A stretch of 64,000 nt of DNA, from contig CAMAVZ010000001.1 in the NCBI GenBank assembly GCA_945861645.1, positions 77,606 through 141,605 on the forward strand, read 5' to 3'. Each line of letters begins with the position of its first letter. The stretch's first letter is position 1. Below are positions 36,947 to 47,901 of this stretch, in pieces. The notes below the pieces were generated by a model, which saw nothing but the letters and a program-made list of their open reading frames with translations, had not been told where the DNA came from and made no database searches. The DNA is from Opitutus sp. GAS368. GTDB lineage: Bacteria; Verrucomicrobiota; Verrucomicrobiia; Opitutales; Opitutaceae. Both the position numbers and the translations under genes were made by a program.

Positions 36947-39423
36947 GACTTCGTGAGGGTTTCGTCAAGATTGAGGAGTGCGAGGCAGACCGCCGTGTAG
37001 GCGGCGTGTTCGGCCAGCGCGAGAGTCGGGTCGCGGGGAATAGCACCGACGGTCAGAAATTTTTGAGCGGCGGAGGGATCTGCGGTGAAGCGGGACAGTT
37101 GTTTAGCGAGGCTGGCGCGGAGGATTTTCCTTTCGGTCGTATCAGGGTTGCGAGCGAGCACGAGGCGAAAGGCGTGTTCGAGCCGACGATCGCGCGAGGG
37201 AGTTGCCTGCAAGGTCCGGGCCGCCAGCGCGCGCGCCGCTTCAATGAAGGTCGGGTCGTTGAGGGTGGTTAAAGCATGCAATGGGGTGCTCGTGATCGCC
37301 GTGCGCACATTGCACGTATTGCGTGCGGAAGTATCAAACATGTTGGCCGGAGCGACGGTCCGGCGCCAGAAAGTGTAGAGACTGCGCCGATAAAGATCAT
37401 CGCCGGTGGACTGAGGATAAGTGAAGTCGCGCTCCTTCGTGATCGCGAGGGAGTCCCAAATATCGGCGGGCTGATACGGGTAGACGGGCTTGCCGCCCAA
37501 TTTATCAACGAGGAGCCCGCTAGCAGCGAGCGCCTGATCGCGAATCATCATCGCGGGAAGGCGGAGTCGGGCCCCGCGGGCGTAAAGTCGGTTTTCTGGA
37601 TCGCGTTCCAGCAAAGCCGGCGTGACGCGCGATGACTGCCGGTAAGTTGCGCTCGTCACGATGAGGCGGTGGAGATTTTTTGTATTCCAACCGCCTTCGC
37701 GAAATTCTGCAGCTAGCCAGTCGAGCAGAGCCCGATGGACGGGTGCGTCGCTCTGCACGCCAAAATCTTCGCTCGTTTTAACGAGGCCAAGGCCAAAGAA
37801 AGTTTGCCAGTAACGGTTGACGATGACGCGAGCGGTGAGCGGTTGTTCAGAACTGACGAGCCAGCGGGCGAGGCCGAGGCGATTGCGCGGAGCCTCGGCG
37901 GGGAGTGGCGGCAAGAAAGTAGGCGTGGCAAAAGAAACTTTTTCCAAGTGCGCTTCGTAGTTGCCGCGATCGAGGATGAAGGTGTCGCGGACTTGGTTGT
38001 CATCCATCACCATGACGCGCGGATACTCATCAGTTTTTAGGCGATTGAGTTCACTGAGGAGGTGATCGATCTCGGGGTTGAGGACGGGGAGAACTTGCTT
38101 AAAAAAGTAGCGGCGCAGATCGCCGGCCGGAAGTTCGAGCCGCTCCTTGGCGGGTAGGGCGGCGGTTGCGCGCAGCACGGGATCCGGAAATTTTTCATCG
38201 CCGGCGATTTTGGCTTCCCAGTCCGAACGAATTTTTGCGATGAGCTCACTCGATTTCATTGCGGCGAGCTTCGCTTCGAGCGCGGCGAGTTGGGCCTTGT
38301 GCTCGGGGGTCGCGAGATCGAGCACGGGGGCCGCGGTGCGGACTTTGGCCGTGGATCCATTGACGATGCCATTTTCCGAGACGTGATTAAAACCGGCGAG
38401 CAAGGAGTAATAATCGCGTTGAGTGACAGGGTCAAATTTGTGGTCGTGGCATTGAGCGCAAGCGACGGTGAGGCCCAGCCAATTGGTGGCGGTGGTATCG
38501 ACGCGGTCGAAGAGAGTGACGTAACGCTGCTCCTCGGGGATGGCGCCGCCTTCGCCGTTGAGGAGATGGTTGCGATTAAACGCGGTCGCGATGCGTTGCT
38601 CGGTGGTAGGCGTGGGGAGGAGGTCGCCGGCGAGTTGTTCGATCGTAAATTGATCGAAGGGTTGATTCGTGTTGAGGGCCTGGACTACCCAGTCGCGCCA
38701 AATCCATTGGAAGGTATCGCCGTCTTGTTGATAGCCGTTGGAATCAGCATAGCGGGCGGCATCCAGCCAAGGCAGCGCCATGCGTTCGCCATAATGCGGG
38801 GAGGCCAGCAGGCGATCGACTAGTCGCTCGTAGGCGTTGGGCGATTTATCGCCGAGAAAATCTTCGAGTTCGGTGGGCGTCGGCGGGAGACCCGTCAGAT
38901 CGAGGAACACGCGCCGAATGAGGGTGGCGCGCGGTGCTTCGGGACTGGGGGTGATTTGTTCAATTTCGAGTCGAGCCAGCACGAAGCGATCGATCGGATT
39001 ATGCACCCATTTTTCTCGGCGAACGGGTGGCGGGGTGGGGCGGGTAATGGCGGTAAAGGCCCAATGGGGAGTGTAGGGAGCGCCCTCGGCGACCCAGCGT
39101 TTCAGCAGGGCTTTCTGCGCGAGCGTGAGGGCGCGGTGGGAATTAGCGGGCGGCATCTGCTCGTCATCCAGCGTGGAAAAGATGCGCGTGATGAGGTCGC
39201 TGTCATCAGGTTGATGCGGAATAATTACCTCATGGCTCAGTTGGCCCTCGCGGGTGTCGAGGCGCAGTTTGGCTTTACGCTTGGTGGCATCCTGACCGTG
39301 ACAGTAAAAACAATTTTCGGCCAAAATAGGCCGAACATCTTGGGCATAGTCCACGGGTGGCGGGGTCGGGATCGCGAAAGCGGTTCCGAGGGTAGCCAAG
39401 TAGGGGAGGATTTTTTTCAACAT
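36943..39423 (-). CDS. Planctomycete cytochrome c / DUF1549 / DUF1553 (PSCyt1-PSCyt2-PSD1) protein
   Basis: VRPILAENCFYCHG, HWAF, NPIDRF, YGERMA..WLD.ARYADS, CAQCHDHKFDP, NRLGLARWL, RRSLY; start uncertain (ORF extends to 39453). Confidence 0.92.
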   Translation of the reverse strand: MLKKILPYLATLGTAFAIPTPPPVDYAQDVRPILAENCFYCHGQDATKRKAKLRLDTREGQLSHEVIIPHQPDDSDLITRIFSTLDDEQMPPANSHRALTLAQKALLKRWVAEGAPYTPHWAFTAITRPTPPPVRREKWVHNPIDRFVLARLEIEQITPSPEAPRATLIRRVFLDLTGLPPTPTELEDFLGDKSPNAYERLVDRLLASPHYGERMALPWLDAARYADSNGYQQDGDTFQWIWRDWVVQALNTNQPFDQFTIEQLAGDLLPTPTTEQRIATAFNRNHLLNGEGGAIPEEQRYVTLFDRVDTTATNWLGLTVACAQCHDHKFDPVTQRDYYSLLAGFNHVSENGIVNGSTAKVRTAAPVLDLATPEHKAQLAALEAKLAAMKSSELIAKIRSDWEAKIAGDEKFPDPVLRATAALPAKERLELPAGDLRRYFFKQVLPVLNPEIDHLLSELNRLKTDEYPRVMVMDDNQVRDTFILDRGNYEAHLEKVSFATPTFLPPLPAEAPRNRLGLARWLVSSEQPLTARVIVNRYWQTFFGLGLVKTSEDFGVQSDAPVHRALLDWLAAEFREGGWNTKNLHRLIVTSATYRQSSRVTPALLERDPENRLYARGARLRLPAMMIRDQALAASGLLVDKLGGKPVYPYQPADIWDSLAITKERDFTYPQSTGDDLYRRSLYTFWRRTVAPANMFDTSARNTCNVRTAITSTPLHALTTLNDPTFIEAARALAARTLQATPSRDRRLEHAFRLVLARNPDTTERKILRASLAKQLSRFTADPSAAQKFLTVGAIPRDPTLALAEHAAYTAVCLALLNLDETLTKS

Positions 39424-39800
39424 GCTTAGCATGACGCCGCGCATCGGGCGCAAAAGTATTAGCGGTGGGCGAAAGGAGTACGAATCAGATTCAACGACGG
39501 ATGATCAACGAAAACAATTATCAAAAAATAAGCAGGGCGTTGAATCAGCAGGCAAGGGGTAAAGCGGTGATGTCGCTCCTCGCTGGCGGTTTATTTATGA
39601 ATGAAAAATCATTTGGCCAGTTAATCGCGGCTCGACTGCATTAGACCTCAACCCCCAATAGAAACTCGGAGGAGGCGGAGCACTAAGCGCGGGAATCAGG
39701 TGGGCTCGCGCCAGCATACCATCGCCGGCTAATTTAAACTGCGTTCATTTATTGACGTAGGTTTTAGTTAGATATCACAGTGCTACGGTTAGTTTACCCC

Positions 39801-40514
39801 ATGACCCCGATCGTCCAAATATCGTTAGATCTCACTAACCTCGAAGAAGCCCTCGCTACCGCGACTACGGCACGGCGGGCGGGAGTTGATTGGTTAGAGG
39901 CAGGAACGCCGCTCATTTTAGCCGAGGGATTGCATGGCGTTCGGGCCTTGCGCGAGCGCTTCCCTGGGGTGCCGATTATTGCTGATCTAAAAACCATGGA
40001 CGGCGGCTACCTTGAAGCTGAAATGATGGCCAAGGCCGGCGCGACTCATGTGGTCGTGATGGCGCAAGCGCATCCTGAAACCATAAAAATTGTGGTAAAG
40101 GCTGGTCGTGATTACGGCATCAAAGTCATGGGGGACAATTTGGGTTGTCCCGATATGGTGGCGGGAGCGCGAGAGCTAGAAGATCTCGGCTGTGATTACG
40201 TCATTCATCACATTGGCTATGATGAACGCCGTGGCATCGTCGCGGCTGGCGGGAAAATGCCGAGTCCGCTCGATCAGTTGCGGGCAGTGGTCGCCGCCGT
40301 GAGTGTGCCCGTGCAGGCGGTTGGGGGGCTGACGTTGGAGCAAGCCGTGCGCACTCCTTCATATGGTGCACCGCTCGTGGTCATCGGGGCGCCGCTGGCG
40401 GTTGATGCCGATGCTTTTCGCACCGCCGATGGTAATTTAGAGGGCACCCTAAAAATTATTTGCGACCGCGTGCATGCGTATGGCGATATACCGATCATTA
40501 ATAAAAAGAAATGA
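39801..40514 (+). CDS. 3-hexulose-6-phosphate synthase-like protein (OMPDC/HUMPS superfamily)
   Basis: QISLD, EAGTPL, ADLKTMDGG, MGDNL, HIGYD (HPS-type rather than the KGPDC HRSRD). Confidence 0.82.
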   Translation: MTPIVQISLDLTNLEEALATATTARRAGVDWLEAGTPLILAEGLHGVRALRERFPGVPIIADLKTMDGGYLEAEMMAKAGATHVVVMAQAHPETIKIVVKAGRDYGIKVMGDNLGCPDMVAGARELEDLGCDYVIHHIGYDERRGIVAAGGKMPSPLDQLRAVVAAVSVPVQAVGGLTLEQAVRTPSYGAPLVVIGAPLAVDADAFRTADGNLEGTLKIICDRVHAYGDIPIINKKK

Positions 40515-40516
40515 AC

Positions 40517-41548
40517 ATGAAAAGCCTGGCCGTAGTTAATTATTCATCGACGCCGCACAGCGTTGAGCTGCGCGAATTTTCAAAACCAGAACCGGGTCCA
40601 GAGGATATTATCATGGCCGTTGAGGCCGTGGGGGTTTGTGGCAGTGATCTGCACCAATGGACCGGTTCGCATAGCTGGAAGGTTAATTATCCGGTGGTGC
40701 TCGGGCATGAGTTCGGGGGGCAAATTGCTGCCGTCGGCTCCGCCTTGAAAGGATGGCAAGAGGGCGACCGCGTGGTCAGCGAAACGGCGGCGGTCATTGA
40801 CGCTAACAATCCGCTGAGTCGCGCCGGTAAGTATAATTTAGATCCCACCAGAAAAGGATTTGGCTACGGCGTAGATGGGGCGATGACCCGTTACGTGCGC
40901 GTGCCGGCTCGTTGCTTGCACCGGGTGCCGGCGGGGTTGGCCATCGAGCACGCGGCGCTCACAGAGCCGTGTTGTGTCGCTTATAATGCGGTGCTGCATA
41001 ATGCACGCATCCTGCCCGGTGATCGGGTCATTGTTTTGGGGCCCGGTCCGATTGGGATTTTATGTGCGGCGATGGCGCGGCTCGCTGGAGCGGAAGTAGC
41101 CTTGGTGGGGTTGGAGCGCGATCGTCACCGGCTCGATATTGCGAAGGCCTATGGTTGCACCACTTTGATGGGCAACGAAGAGGCCGTGGCTTGGGCCTTG
41201 GCGCGCGATGGTCTCGGGGTGGACGGCGTGGTTGATGCCGCCGGCGCCTCGGCCGCTTTAAAATTAGCGCTCGATCTCGTGCGGCCGGCGGGGTGGATCA
41301 GTAAAGTGGGTTGGGGCCCGCAGCCTTTGGGCTTTTCGCTCGATCCCCTCGTGCAAAAAAATATCACCCTCCAAGGTAGCTTCAGTCATAATTGGCCGAT
41401 GTGGGAGCGGGTACTCGCTTTGCTGGCTTCCGGCCAACTCGATGTGCGCCCAATTTTAGGTGGCATCTGGCCGTTGACTGGTTGGCACGAGGCTTTTGAA
41501 AAAATGCATACGGGCGCGATTGTGAAAGCGGTGCTCAAACCGAGCTAA
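40517..41548 (+). CDS. Zinc-dependent (MDR) sugar/polyol dehydrogenase
   Basis: GVCGSDLH, LGHEFGG, LTEP, GPGPIG; lacks the four-Cys structural zinc loop. Confidence 0.88.
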   Translation: MKSLAVVNYSSTPHSVELREFSKPEPGPEDIIMAVEAVGVCGSDLHQWTGSHSWKVNYPVVLGHEFGGQIAAVGSALKGWQEGDRVVSETAAVIDANNPLSRAGKYNLDPTRKGFGYGVDGAMTRYVRVPARCLHRVPAGLAIEHAALTEPCCVAYNAVLHNARILPGDRVIVLGPGPIGILCAAMARLAGAEVALVGLERDRHRLDIAKAYGCTTLMGNEEAVAWALARDGLGVDGVVDAAGASAALKLALDLVRPAGWISKVGWGPQPLGFSLDPLVQKNITLQGSFSHNWPMWERVLALLASGQLDVRPILGGIWPLTGWHEAFEKMHTGAIVKAVLKPS

Positions 41549-41560
41549 CCCTAGGCTATC

Positions 41561-42331
41561 GTGCGCTTAAAAGATAAAGTCATTATTGTTACGGGGAGCA
41601 CATCGGGCATCGGCCAAGCGATTGTCGAGCGAGCGGTGGCCGAAGGGGCGCGGGTGCTCATTCATGGGATCGATCAAGCTGCGGGAGAAAAACTCGCCCT
41701 CACTTTAGGAAGTGCCGCAAAATTTCACTGGGCTGATCTGCTGGATCCGGCGAGTCCGGCCCGAATTATTGCGGCGGCCGTGCAAGCCTTTGGTCGGATT
41801 GATGCGTTGGTTAATAATGCAGCTATCGTGGTACGGAGCACGCTGGCGACCGCGACCCTGCCCGCTTTTGAACGGACGATCGCGATCAATTTAAGGGCGC
41901 CCTATTTTCTCATTCAGGCGGCTTTCCCGTACCTCAAGGCGACTGAGGGGTGCGTGTTGAATATCGGCTCGATTAACGCGCATAGCGGAGAGTCGACGCT
42001 ATTGGATTACAGTGTTTCCAAGGGTGGGTTGCAGACTTTATCCCGCAATCTGGCCAACGCTCACGGCGTCGATCGGGTGCGGGTGAATCATCTAAACGTG
42101 GGCTGGGTTTTAACCGCGCGAGAATATGCGGATCAGCAGCGTTATGGCTTACCGGCCGATTGGCCCGAGACGCTACCGGCAGTTTTTGCGCCGTCGGGTC
42201 GTTTGCTGTTGCCGGCAGATATTGCGGCGGCCGCGATTTACTGGCTGGGGGACGAATCACGCCCTGTGACGGGTTCTGTGGTCGAGCTGGAGCAATTTTC
42301 CGTAATCGGTCGCAACGCCGTTAAGGTATAA
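41561..42331 (+). CDS. Short-chain dehydrogenase/reductase
   Basis: TGSTSGIG, NNAA, YSVSK. Confidence 0.92.
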   Translation: MRLKDKVIIVTGSTSGIGQAIVERAVAEGARVLIHGIDQAAGEKLALTLGSAAKFHWADLLDPASPARIIAAAVQAFGRIDALVNNAAIVVRSTLATATLPAFERTIAINLRAPYFLIQAAFPYLKATEGCVLNIGSINAHSGESTLLDYSVSKGGLQTLSRNLANAHGVDRVRVNHLNVGWVLTAREYADQQRYGLPADWPETLPAVFAPSGRLLLPADIAAAAIYWLGDESRPVTGSVVELEQFSVIGRNAVKV

Positions 42332-42335
42332 ATTT

Positions 42336-43235
42336 ATGCCCAAACTCGCCGCCTTCCCCAAGGCGTTCATGCAGCCTTTATGCCGCGAAGGCACCATGAC
42401 GCTCCAAGCTTGGATCGATTTAGCCGCCCCGCTGGGGTTGGATGGACTCGAATACTACAGTGGCTTTCTGGAATTAGCCGATCCCGCGCAGTGGCCGGCC
42501 GCCCGACGCGCCGTCGAGGCGAGTGGACTCGTGATTCCGATGCTGTGTTGTTCGCCTGATTTTTCCCATCCCGACCTCGCTTTCCGCCAAGCGGAAATTG
42601 CCAAAGAAAAAAATTGGATCCGCATGGCGGCTACGCTGGGAGCCAAATTTTGCCGAGTGCTTTCGGGGCAGCGGCGGCCGGAATTAACTCGGGAGCGCGG
42701 CTTGGAACTGGTGGCGCAGAGCATTGAAGCCTGCTTGCCGGAGGCCGAGGCCTGTGGGGTAACCTTGGTGATCGAAAATCATTATAAGGATGATTTTTGG
42801 ACTTACCCCGAGTTTGCGCAAAAAATGGATGTCTTCTGTGAGCTCGTAGATAAAATTCACCATCCGTGCTTTGGGGTTAATTATGATCCGAGCAATGCCT
42901 TCTTGGCGGGTGATGATCCCCTCGAGTTGCTGCGTCGCGTTAAGCACCGCGTGCTTACGATGCACGCGAGTGATCGATTCTTAATCGAAGGGACGCTGGC
43001 TGATTTGCAGAAAGAGGAAGCGGGGGTGGCGGGCTATGCGCGCCGCTTGCGCCACGGCACGATTGGTAAAGGTCTCAATGATTATGATACTATTTTTCGT
43101 GAATTAAAGCGCGTTGGTTTTGATAGCTGGATTAGCATCGAAGATGGCGTCGATGGCATGGACCAACTCGTTGAGAGTATAAAATTTATCCGACAAAAAA
43201 TGGCCCAAACCTGGCCCGAGCCGCGCGAGGGTTAA
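42336..43235 (+). CDS. Sugar phosphate isomerase/epimerase (xylose isomerase-like TIM barrel)
   Basis: GLDGLE, IENH, YDPSN, MHASD, G.G..DY, SIED. Confidence 0.85.
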   Translation: MPKLAAFPKAFMQPLCREGTMTLQAWIDLAAPLGLDGLEYYSGFLELADPAQWPAARRAVEASGLVIPMLCCSPDFSHPDLAFRQAEIAKEKNWIRMAATLGAKFCRVLSGQRRPELTRERGLELVAQSIEACLPEAEACGVTLVIENHYKDDFWTYPEFAQKMDVFCELVDKIHHPCFGVNYDPSNAFLAGDDPLELLRRVKHRVLTMHASDRFLIEGTLADLQKEEAGVAGYARRLRHGTIGKGLNDYDTIFRELKRVGFDSWISIEDGVDGMDQLVESIKFIRQKMAQTWPEPREG

Positions 43236-43284
43236 TTAACTTCGCCGGCGGTGCTCTGGTTTGAGTCCAAACGGTGCGCCCTGC

Positions 43285-44625
43285 TCAGCGCACCAAGCAC
43301 GGCCGTTTGGGATCAAATTTCCACCCCGGCAACAGGTATTGCATGGCGATCGTGTCGTCGCGCGCTCCGCCGCCGATCCGGCGATAAAGCTCATGGGCTT
43401 GCGCTAATTGCGCGAAATCAATTTCGAGCCCTAGTCCGGGGCGAGTAGGGACGGTGATTTTGCCCTGGTGAATGACGAGGGGCTCACGCGTGAGTCGTTG
43501 GCCATCTTGCCAAATCCAGTGGGTGTCGATGGCGGTGACACGTCCTGGGGCCGCGGCGGCGACGTGCGTGAACATCGCGAGGGAGATATCAAAATGATTA
43601 TTGGAATGAGAGCCCCAGGTGAGCCCGCGTTCCTGACAAAGCTGCGCGACGCGAACGGAGCCTTGCATGGTCCAAAAATGCGGATCGGCGAGCGGAATAT
43701 CGATCGCCTGCAAGGCCAGCGCTTCAGCCAACTCTCGCCAGTCGGTCGCGATCATATTGGTCGCGGTTGGCAGACCGGTCGCCCGCCGAAACTCGGCCAT
43801 ACTTTCGCAGCCGGTTAATCCCGGTTCTGCCCCGCAGGGATCCTCCGCATAGGCGAGGATCCGCTGTTGACCGGTGCAAAGACGCACCGCCTCCTCGAGC
43901 GACCAAGCGCCATTGGGATCGAGCGTAATCCGCGCTTGCGGGAAGCGCTCGGCTAAAGCGGTGACCGCTTCGATTTCCTCCGCGCCGTGGCGGACCCCGC
44001 CTTTTAGTTTAAAATCGTTAAACCCATAGCGGGCTTGGGCCGCTTCAGCTAAGCGCACAATGTCGGCCGAACTAAGGGCGGCTTCATGCCGTCGCCGGCC
44101 CCAGTCATCGGGCGCGCTGGGCTCACTCGGATAAGCGAGGTCAGTTTTTCCGCGATCACCAATGTAGAAAAGATACCCGAGTACCTCAATCGACTGGCGC
44201 TGCTGGCCGGCGCCAAGCAAGGCGGCCACGGGCAACTGACAAAATTGTCCGTAGAGATCCAGCATCGCCGCTTCGATCGCCGTCATCGCATGAATTGTCG
44301 TACGCTGATCAAAAGTTTGCAGACCCCGCCCGCCCGCATCGCGATCACCAAAACGCCGGCGCACGGTCTCAATGACTGCCGCACTTGCACTGATCGGCTG
44401 GCCGATGACCAGTTCGCTGGCCTCCTCGAGGGTTTGGCGAATTTTTTCTCCGCCGGGCACTTCGCCGGCCCCAGTGCCGCCGGCGCTATCAGTCAGGATT
44501 AAAATGTTGCGGGTAAAATAAGGCCCGTGCGCGCCACTTAAATTGAGCAACATGCTGTCATGTCCCGCGACTGGCACCACCCGCATCGTGGTTATTTTTG
44601 GGGCAGTGCGGTCGTCCGAAATCAT
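43285..44625 (-). CDS. gudD: Glucarate dehydratase (enolase superfamily)
   Basis: [56 protein letters not shown]. Confidence 0.93.
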   Translation of the reverse strand: MISDDRTAPKITTMRVVPVAGHDSMLLNLSGAHGPYFTRNILILTDSAGGTGAGEVPGGEKIRQTLEEASELVIGQPISASAAVIETVRRRFGDRDAGGRGLQTFDQRTTIHAMTAIEAAMLDLYGQFCQLPVAALLGAGQQRQSIEVLGYLFYIGDRGKTDLAYPSEPSAPDDWGRRRHEAALSSADIVRLAEAAQARYGFNDFKLKGGVRHGAEEIEAVTALAERFPQARITLDPNGAWSLEEAVRLCTGQQRILAYAEDPCGAEPGLTGCESMAEFRRATGLPTATNMIATDWRELAEALALQAIDIPLADPHFWTMQGSVRVAQLCQERGLTWGSHSNNHFDISLAMFTHVAAAAPGRVTAIDTHWIWQDGQRLTREPLVIHQGKITVPTRPGLGLEIDFAQLAQAHELYRRIGGGARDDTIAMQYLLPGWKFDPKRPCLVR

Positions 44626-44657
44626 GATGCAAGCAAGCGGCTGGAGTGCGCGCTGAC

Positions 44658-45995
44658 TTAGAGCGACTTAAGCTCGAGGCGCTTGATCTCTCCCACAATA
44701 AAGAGGTAGCTCACGACTGCGAGGGCGGCGTGGGCGCTAACGTAGACCAGCGCCCAATTGAAGGAGCCCGTGGCTTTCAAGATATAACCAATCGCAATTG
44801 GGGTGATAATTCCCGCGGTATTCCCGAAGGTATTAAATAAACCGCCGCACAAGCCCGTGACCGACTTCGGCGAGGTGTCGGCAATTACCGCCCAGCCGAG
44901 TGAGCCCAAGCCCTTGCCGAAAAAGGCCAAGCTCATGAGTGCGATGACGGCCCACGAGGTGCTCACATAATTACAGGCCACCATGCTGACGGACAGCAAT
45001 AGTCCCGCCACAATGGGGAGCTTTCGAGCCAGCGTGAGTGGATGGCCGCGGCGAATTAGCCAATCCGAGAACCAGCCCCCGAGAATGCCGCCACCAAAGC
45101 CGCACAGGGCAGGCAGCGTGGCGACAAAACCTGCTTGTAGAATGGATAAGCCCCGCTCCTTCACGAGATAGATGGGGAACCAAGTGAGGAAAAACCAGGT
45201 GATGGTGGTGATGCAATATTGGCTGAGATAAATGCCCAACAGCATGCGATTGCGCAGTAATTCACCCAGCACCGCCCAGCGAATGCCACTCTGTTTGGTT
45301 GGTTTAGCCGCCGATTCGAGGTCGATGAGTCCGCCGCCGCGTTCGATGTAGGTGAGCTCTGCTTGATTCACGCGGGGATGTTCGCGCGGTGGGTAAACCA
45401 ATTTGGGCCAAGCCAGCGCGAATATTATGCCGATGCTACCCATGAACCAAAAAACATATTCCCAACCCCAGCGATGGGCGATCCAGCCCATGATGGGAGT
45501 AAATAGCACGGTCGCAAAATATTGAGCTGAATTAAAAATAGCCGAAGCTTGGCCGCGCTCCGCCGTGGGAAACCAGCTGGCCACGATTCGCGCATTCGCC
45601 GGAAAGGAGGGGGCTTCGGCGGCGCCCAGTAAAAAACGCAGACCAAACAAAACCATCACCGCCACTTTGCCATCAAGCCCACCGACGCAGCCCTGCAGCA
45701 AAGTGAACAAGGACCACAGCCCAATGCTCCAACCATAGACTTTCCTTGAACCGACTCGATCGAGGAGCCAACCGCCCGGAATTTGCGCGATGACATAGGA
45801 CCAGGCAAAAGCTGAAAAAAGATAGCCCATCGCGACCGCATCGAGTCCGAGTTGCTTCGATACCGCCGTTCCCACGATCGAGAGCGTCGCGCGATCAGCG
45901 TAGTTGATTGAGGTCAGTAAAAACAGAATCAACACGATCTCATACCGCACTCGGGTGCGTGGGGCGGCGGCGGCGGAATCAAGTGGCAGGCTCAT
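44658..45995 (-). CDS. gudP: Glucarate/galactarate MFS (ACS) transporter
   Basis: [49 protein letters not shown]. Confidence 0.88.
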   Translation of the reverse strand: MSLPLDSAAAAPRTRVRYEIVLILFLLTSINYADRATLSIVGTAVSKQLGLDAVAMGYLFSAFAWSYVIAQIPGGWLLDRVGSRKVYGWSIGLWSLFTLLQGCVGGLDGKVAVMVLFGLRFLLGAAEAPSFPANARIVASWFPTAERGQASAIFNSAQYFATVLFTPIMGWIAHRWGWEYVFWFMGSIGIIFALAWPKLVYPPREHPRVNQAELTYIERGGGLIDLESAAKPTKQSGIRWAVLGELLRNRMLLGIYLSQYCITTITWFFLTWFPIYLVKERGLSILQAGFVATLPALCGFGGGILGGWFSDWLIRRGHPLTLARKLPIVAGLLLSVSMVACNYVSTSWAVIALMSLAFFGKGLGSLGWAVIADTSPKSVTGLCGGLFNTFGNTAGIITPIAIGYILKATGSFNWALVYVSAHAALAVVSYLFIVGEIKRLELKSL

Positions 45996-46907
45996 TTATT
46001 GTGAACCTAAACCTTGTATTAAAGCGGCGAGCTGGGCGGATTCGGCGGCGGTTAAATCAACTAAAGGCGGTCGCACTGGTCCGGCGTCGTGGCCGACAAT
46101 CCGCGCGCCCGCTTTAATGATGCTCACCGCATAGCCGGGCATCCGATTGCGGATAGCTAAAAATGGGAGGAAAAATTGGTCCAGCAGTCGTCCCATCGTG
46201 ACGTGATCATCCGTCGAGACGGCCCGATAAAAATCCATCGCAGTTTTGGGAATGAAATTAAATACTGCCGAGGAATACACTGGCACGCCGAGCGCTTTGT
46301 AGGCCGCTGCATAAACTTCGGCCGTGGGCAAACCGCCGAGATAAGCGAAACGATCACCGAGTTTACGTCGAATCGTTACCATGAGCTCAATCTCGCCCAA
46401 GCCATCCTTGAAGCCGATTAAATTGGGGCAGCGCTCCGCCAAGCGGACCAAGGTGTCCGCCTGCAGTCGGCACGCCCCGCGGTTGTAAATAATGACACCT
46501 AATTTAACGGAGCGACACACGGCTTCGACATGAGCCGCCAAGCCCTCTTGCCCCGCTTCGGTCAAATAGTGGGGCAGTAACAGGATTCCCTGCGCACCTA
46601 GCTGTTCGGCTTCTTGCGCAAAAGCCATGGCCTGACGCGTCGGTCCTCCCGCTCCGGCAATAATCGGCACCCGCGGGTGGCACGTTTTGACGGCAGTACC
46701 GACCACGGCGCGATAATCAGCCGTAGTTAAGGAAAAAAATTCCCCCGTACCGCCGGCCGCAAAAAGCACGGTCGCGCCATACGGCATGAGCCACTCTAAC
46801 CGTCGGGTATAAGTCTCCGCGCAAAAATCGCCCGCGGCATCAAAGTCCGTGATGGGAAAAGACAGCAATCCGGCGGCCATCGTTTTTTTCAATTCAGCAG
46901 GATTCAT
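45996..46907 (-). CDS. kdgD: 5-dehydro-4-deoxyglucarate dehydratase
   Basis: [47 protein letters not shown]. Confidence 0.93.
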   Translation of the reverse strand: MNPAELKKTMAAGLLSFPITDFDAAGDFCAETYTRRLEWLMPYGATVLFAAGGTGEFFSLTTADYRAVVGTAVKTCHPRVPIIAGAGGPTRQAMAFAQEAEQLGAQGILLLPHYLTEAGQEGLAAHVEAVCRSVKLGVIIYNRGACRLQADTLVRLAERCPNLIGFKDGLGEIELMVTIRRKLGDRFAYLGGLPTAEVYAAAYKALGVPVYSSAVFNFIPKTAMDFYRAVSTDDHVTMGRLLDQFFLPFLAIRNRMPGYAVSIIKAGARIVGHDAGPVRPPLVDLTAAESAQLAALIQGLGSQ

Positions 46908-46969
46908 CTGGGGGAATGATAAGGGTTAGCCATTAAGCCCGGGCCGCTCTCAGGATAGCGCGGTCGCCA

Positions 46970-47854
46970 TTATTTTTTCTTGGGACTTGGCTTGGGGTCA
47001 AGATTCGCGGCCAGTTGGGCCGCGGTGACGCTAGACACCACGCCCGTCTGGGGCACTTCGACTTGCGCGATCCAGAGTAATGCATTCAGCACAACTTTGC
47101 GCTGATTGTCGTTCCCCCAATTGAGATGCGTATGGCCGCCCGTGAAGCCAAAGCCGCGGCCCCCATGGGGTCGGTCATAGACCCACATCATGGTTTCCGC
47201 CCGCCCCTCGGCTTGGATGATATGGGCATAAGGTCCCTTGGGTGAAACGTAGGGGCCGCCCCGCACAGTCGTCGAGGGCTGGGCGGTCAGGATCGGCGTG
47301 AGGCCTTGCGAATTTTCGGGCCAGCGCAGGTTGAAATACCATTCATCGCGGTTGCTGAAAGGTTGGACCCCGCGGGCGACGGGATGGTCGGGGAAATGCT
47401 GATAATCAGGCGACCACATGGGATTACAGGAATAGTTCGTTTCGTAGTAGCCGCCGATCCATTGCAGAAATTCTGGCCCGCCATTTTTTGCCGGGATCTC
47501 GACGCCGTAGTGCATGAAGCCGAGGCCGACGCCTTTTTGTGCGAGGGCACGGAGAATCTCGCGGCGATCAGCTTGAATGGCGGGATGCTTATCGCCGCCG
47601 TCGCAGTAAAGCACCACCGCATCCGCGCCGTCGAAGGCGTCGGGCGCCTCCGGCCAGCCATTGCGATGCACCGTTGTTTTTACGCCCGGAGTATTGGCCA
47701 AGCATTGTTGCAAGAGCAGCAGACCGGCATGAAATTCATGCATGCCAGGCGGATGGCTAGGCTTACCGGCAATGAGCACGATGTGTTTATCCGCGGCGGG
47801 GAGCAGCCCAGTCGGCAGGAGGATGGCCGCGAGGAGAAACAGTAGATTCTTCAT
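46970..47854 (-). CDS. Secreted ThuA-like (class I glutamine amidotransferase-like fold) protein
   Basis: Signal peptide; AGKPSH...HE, HPVARGV.PF...DEWY, GGRGFGFTGGH. Confidence 0.82.
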   Translation of the reverse strand: MKNLLFLLAAILLPTGLLPAADKHIVLIAGKPSHPPGMHEFHAGLLLLQQCLANTPGVKTTVHRNGWPEAPDAFDGADAVVLYCDGGDKHPAIQADRREILRALAQKGVGLGFMHYGVEIPAKNGGPEFLQWIGGYYETNYSCNPMWSPDYQHFPDHPVARGVQPFSNRDEWYFNLRWPENSQGLTPILTAQPSTTVRGGPYVSPKGPYAHIIQAEGRAETMMWVYDRPHGGRGFGFTGGHTHLNWGNDNQRKVVLNALLWIAQVEVPQTGVVSSVTAAQLAANLDPKPSPKKK

Positions 47855-47901
47855 GGGGTTAGTCGTAAAATTACCGTAGGCTCGCCGGTCGCCTTCGAGA
47901 T

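Noticed and set aside
39801-40514. pyrF or methylotrophic RuMP pathway
   Set aside because: The motifs are HPS-like rather than OMPDC, and no hxlB or C1-oxidation genes are in the window.
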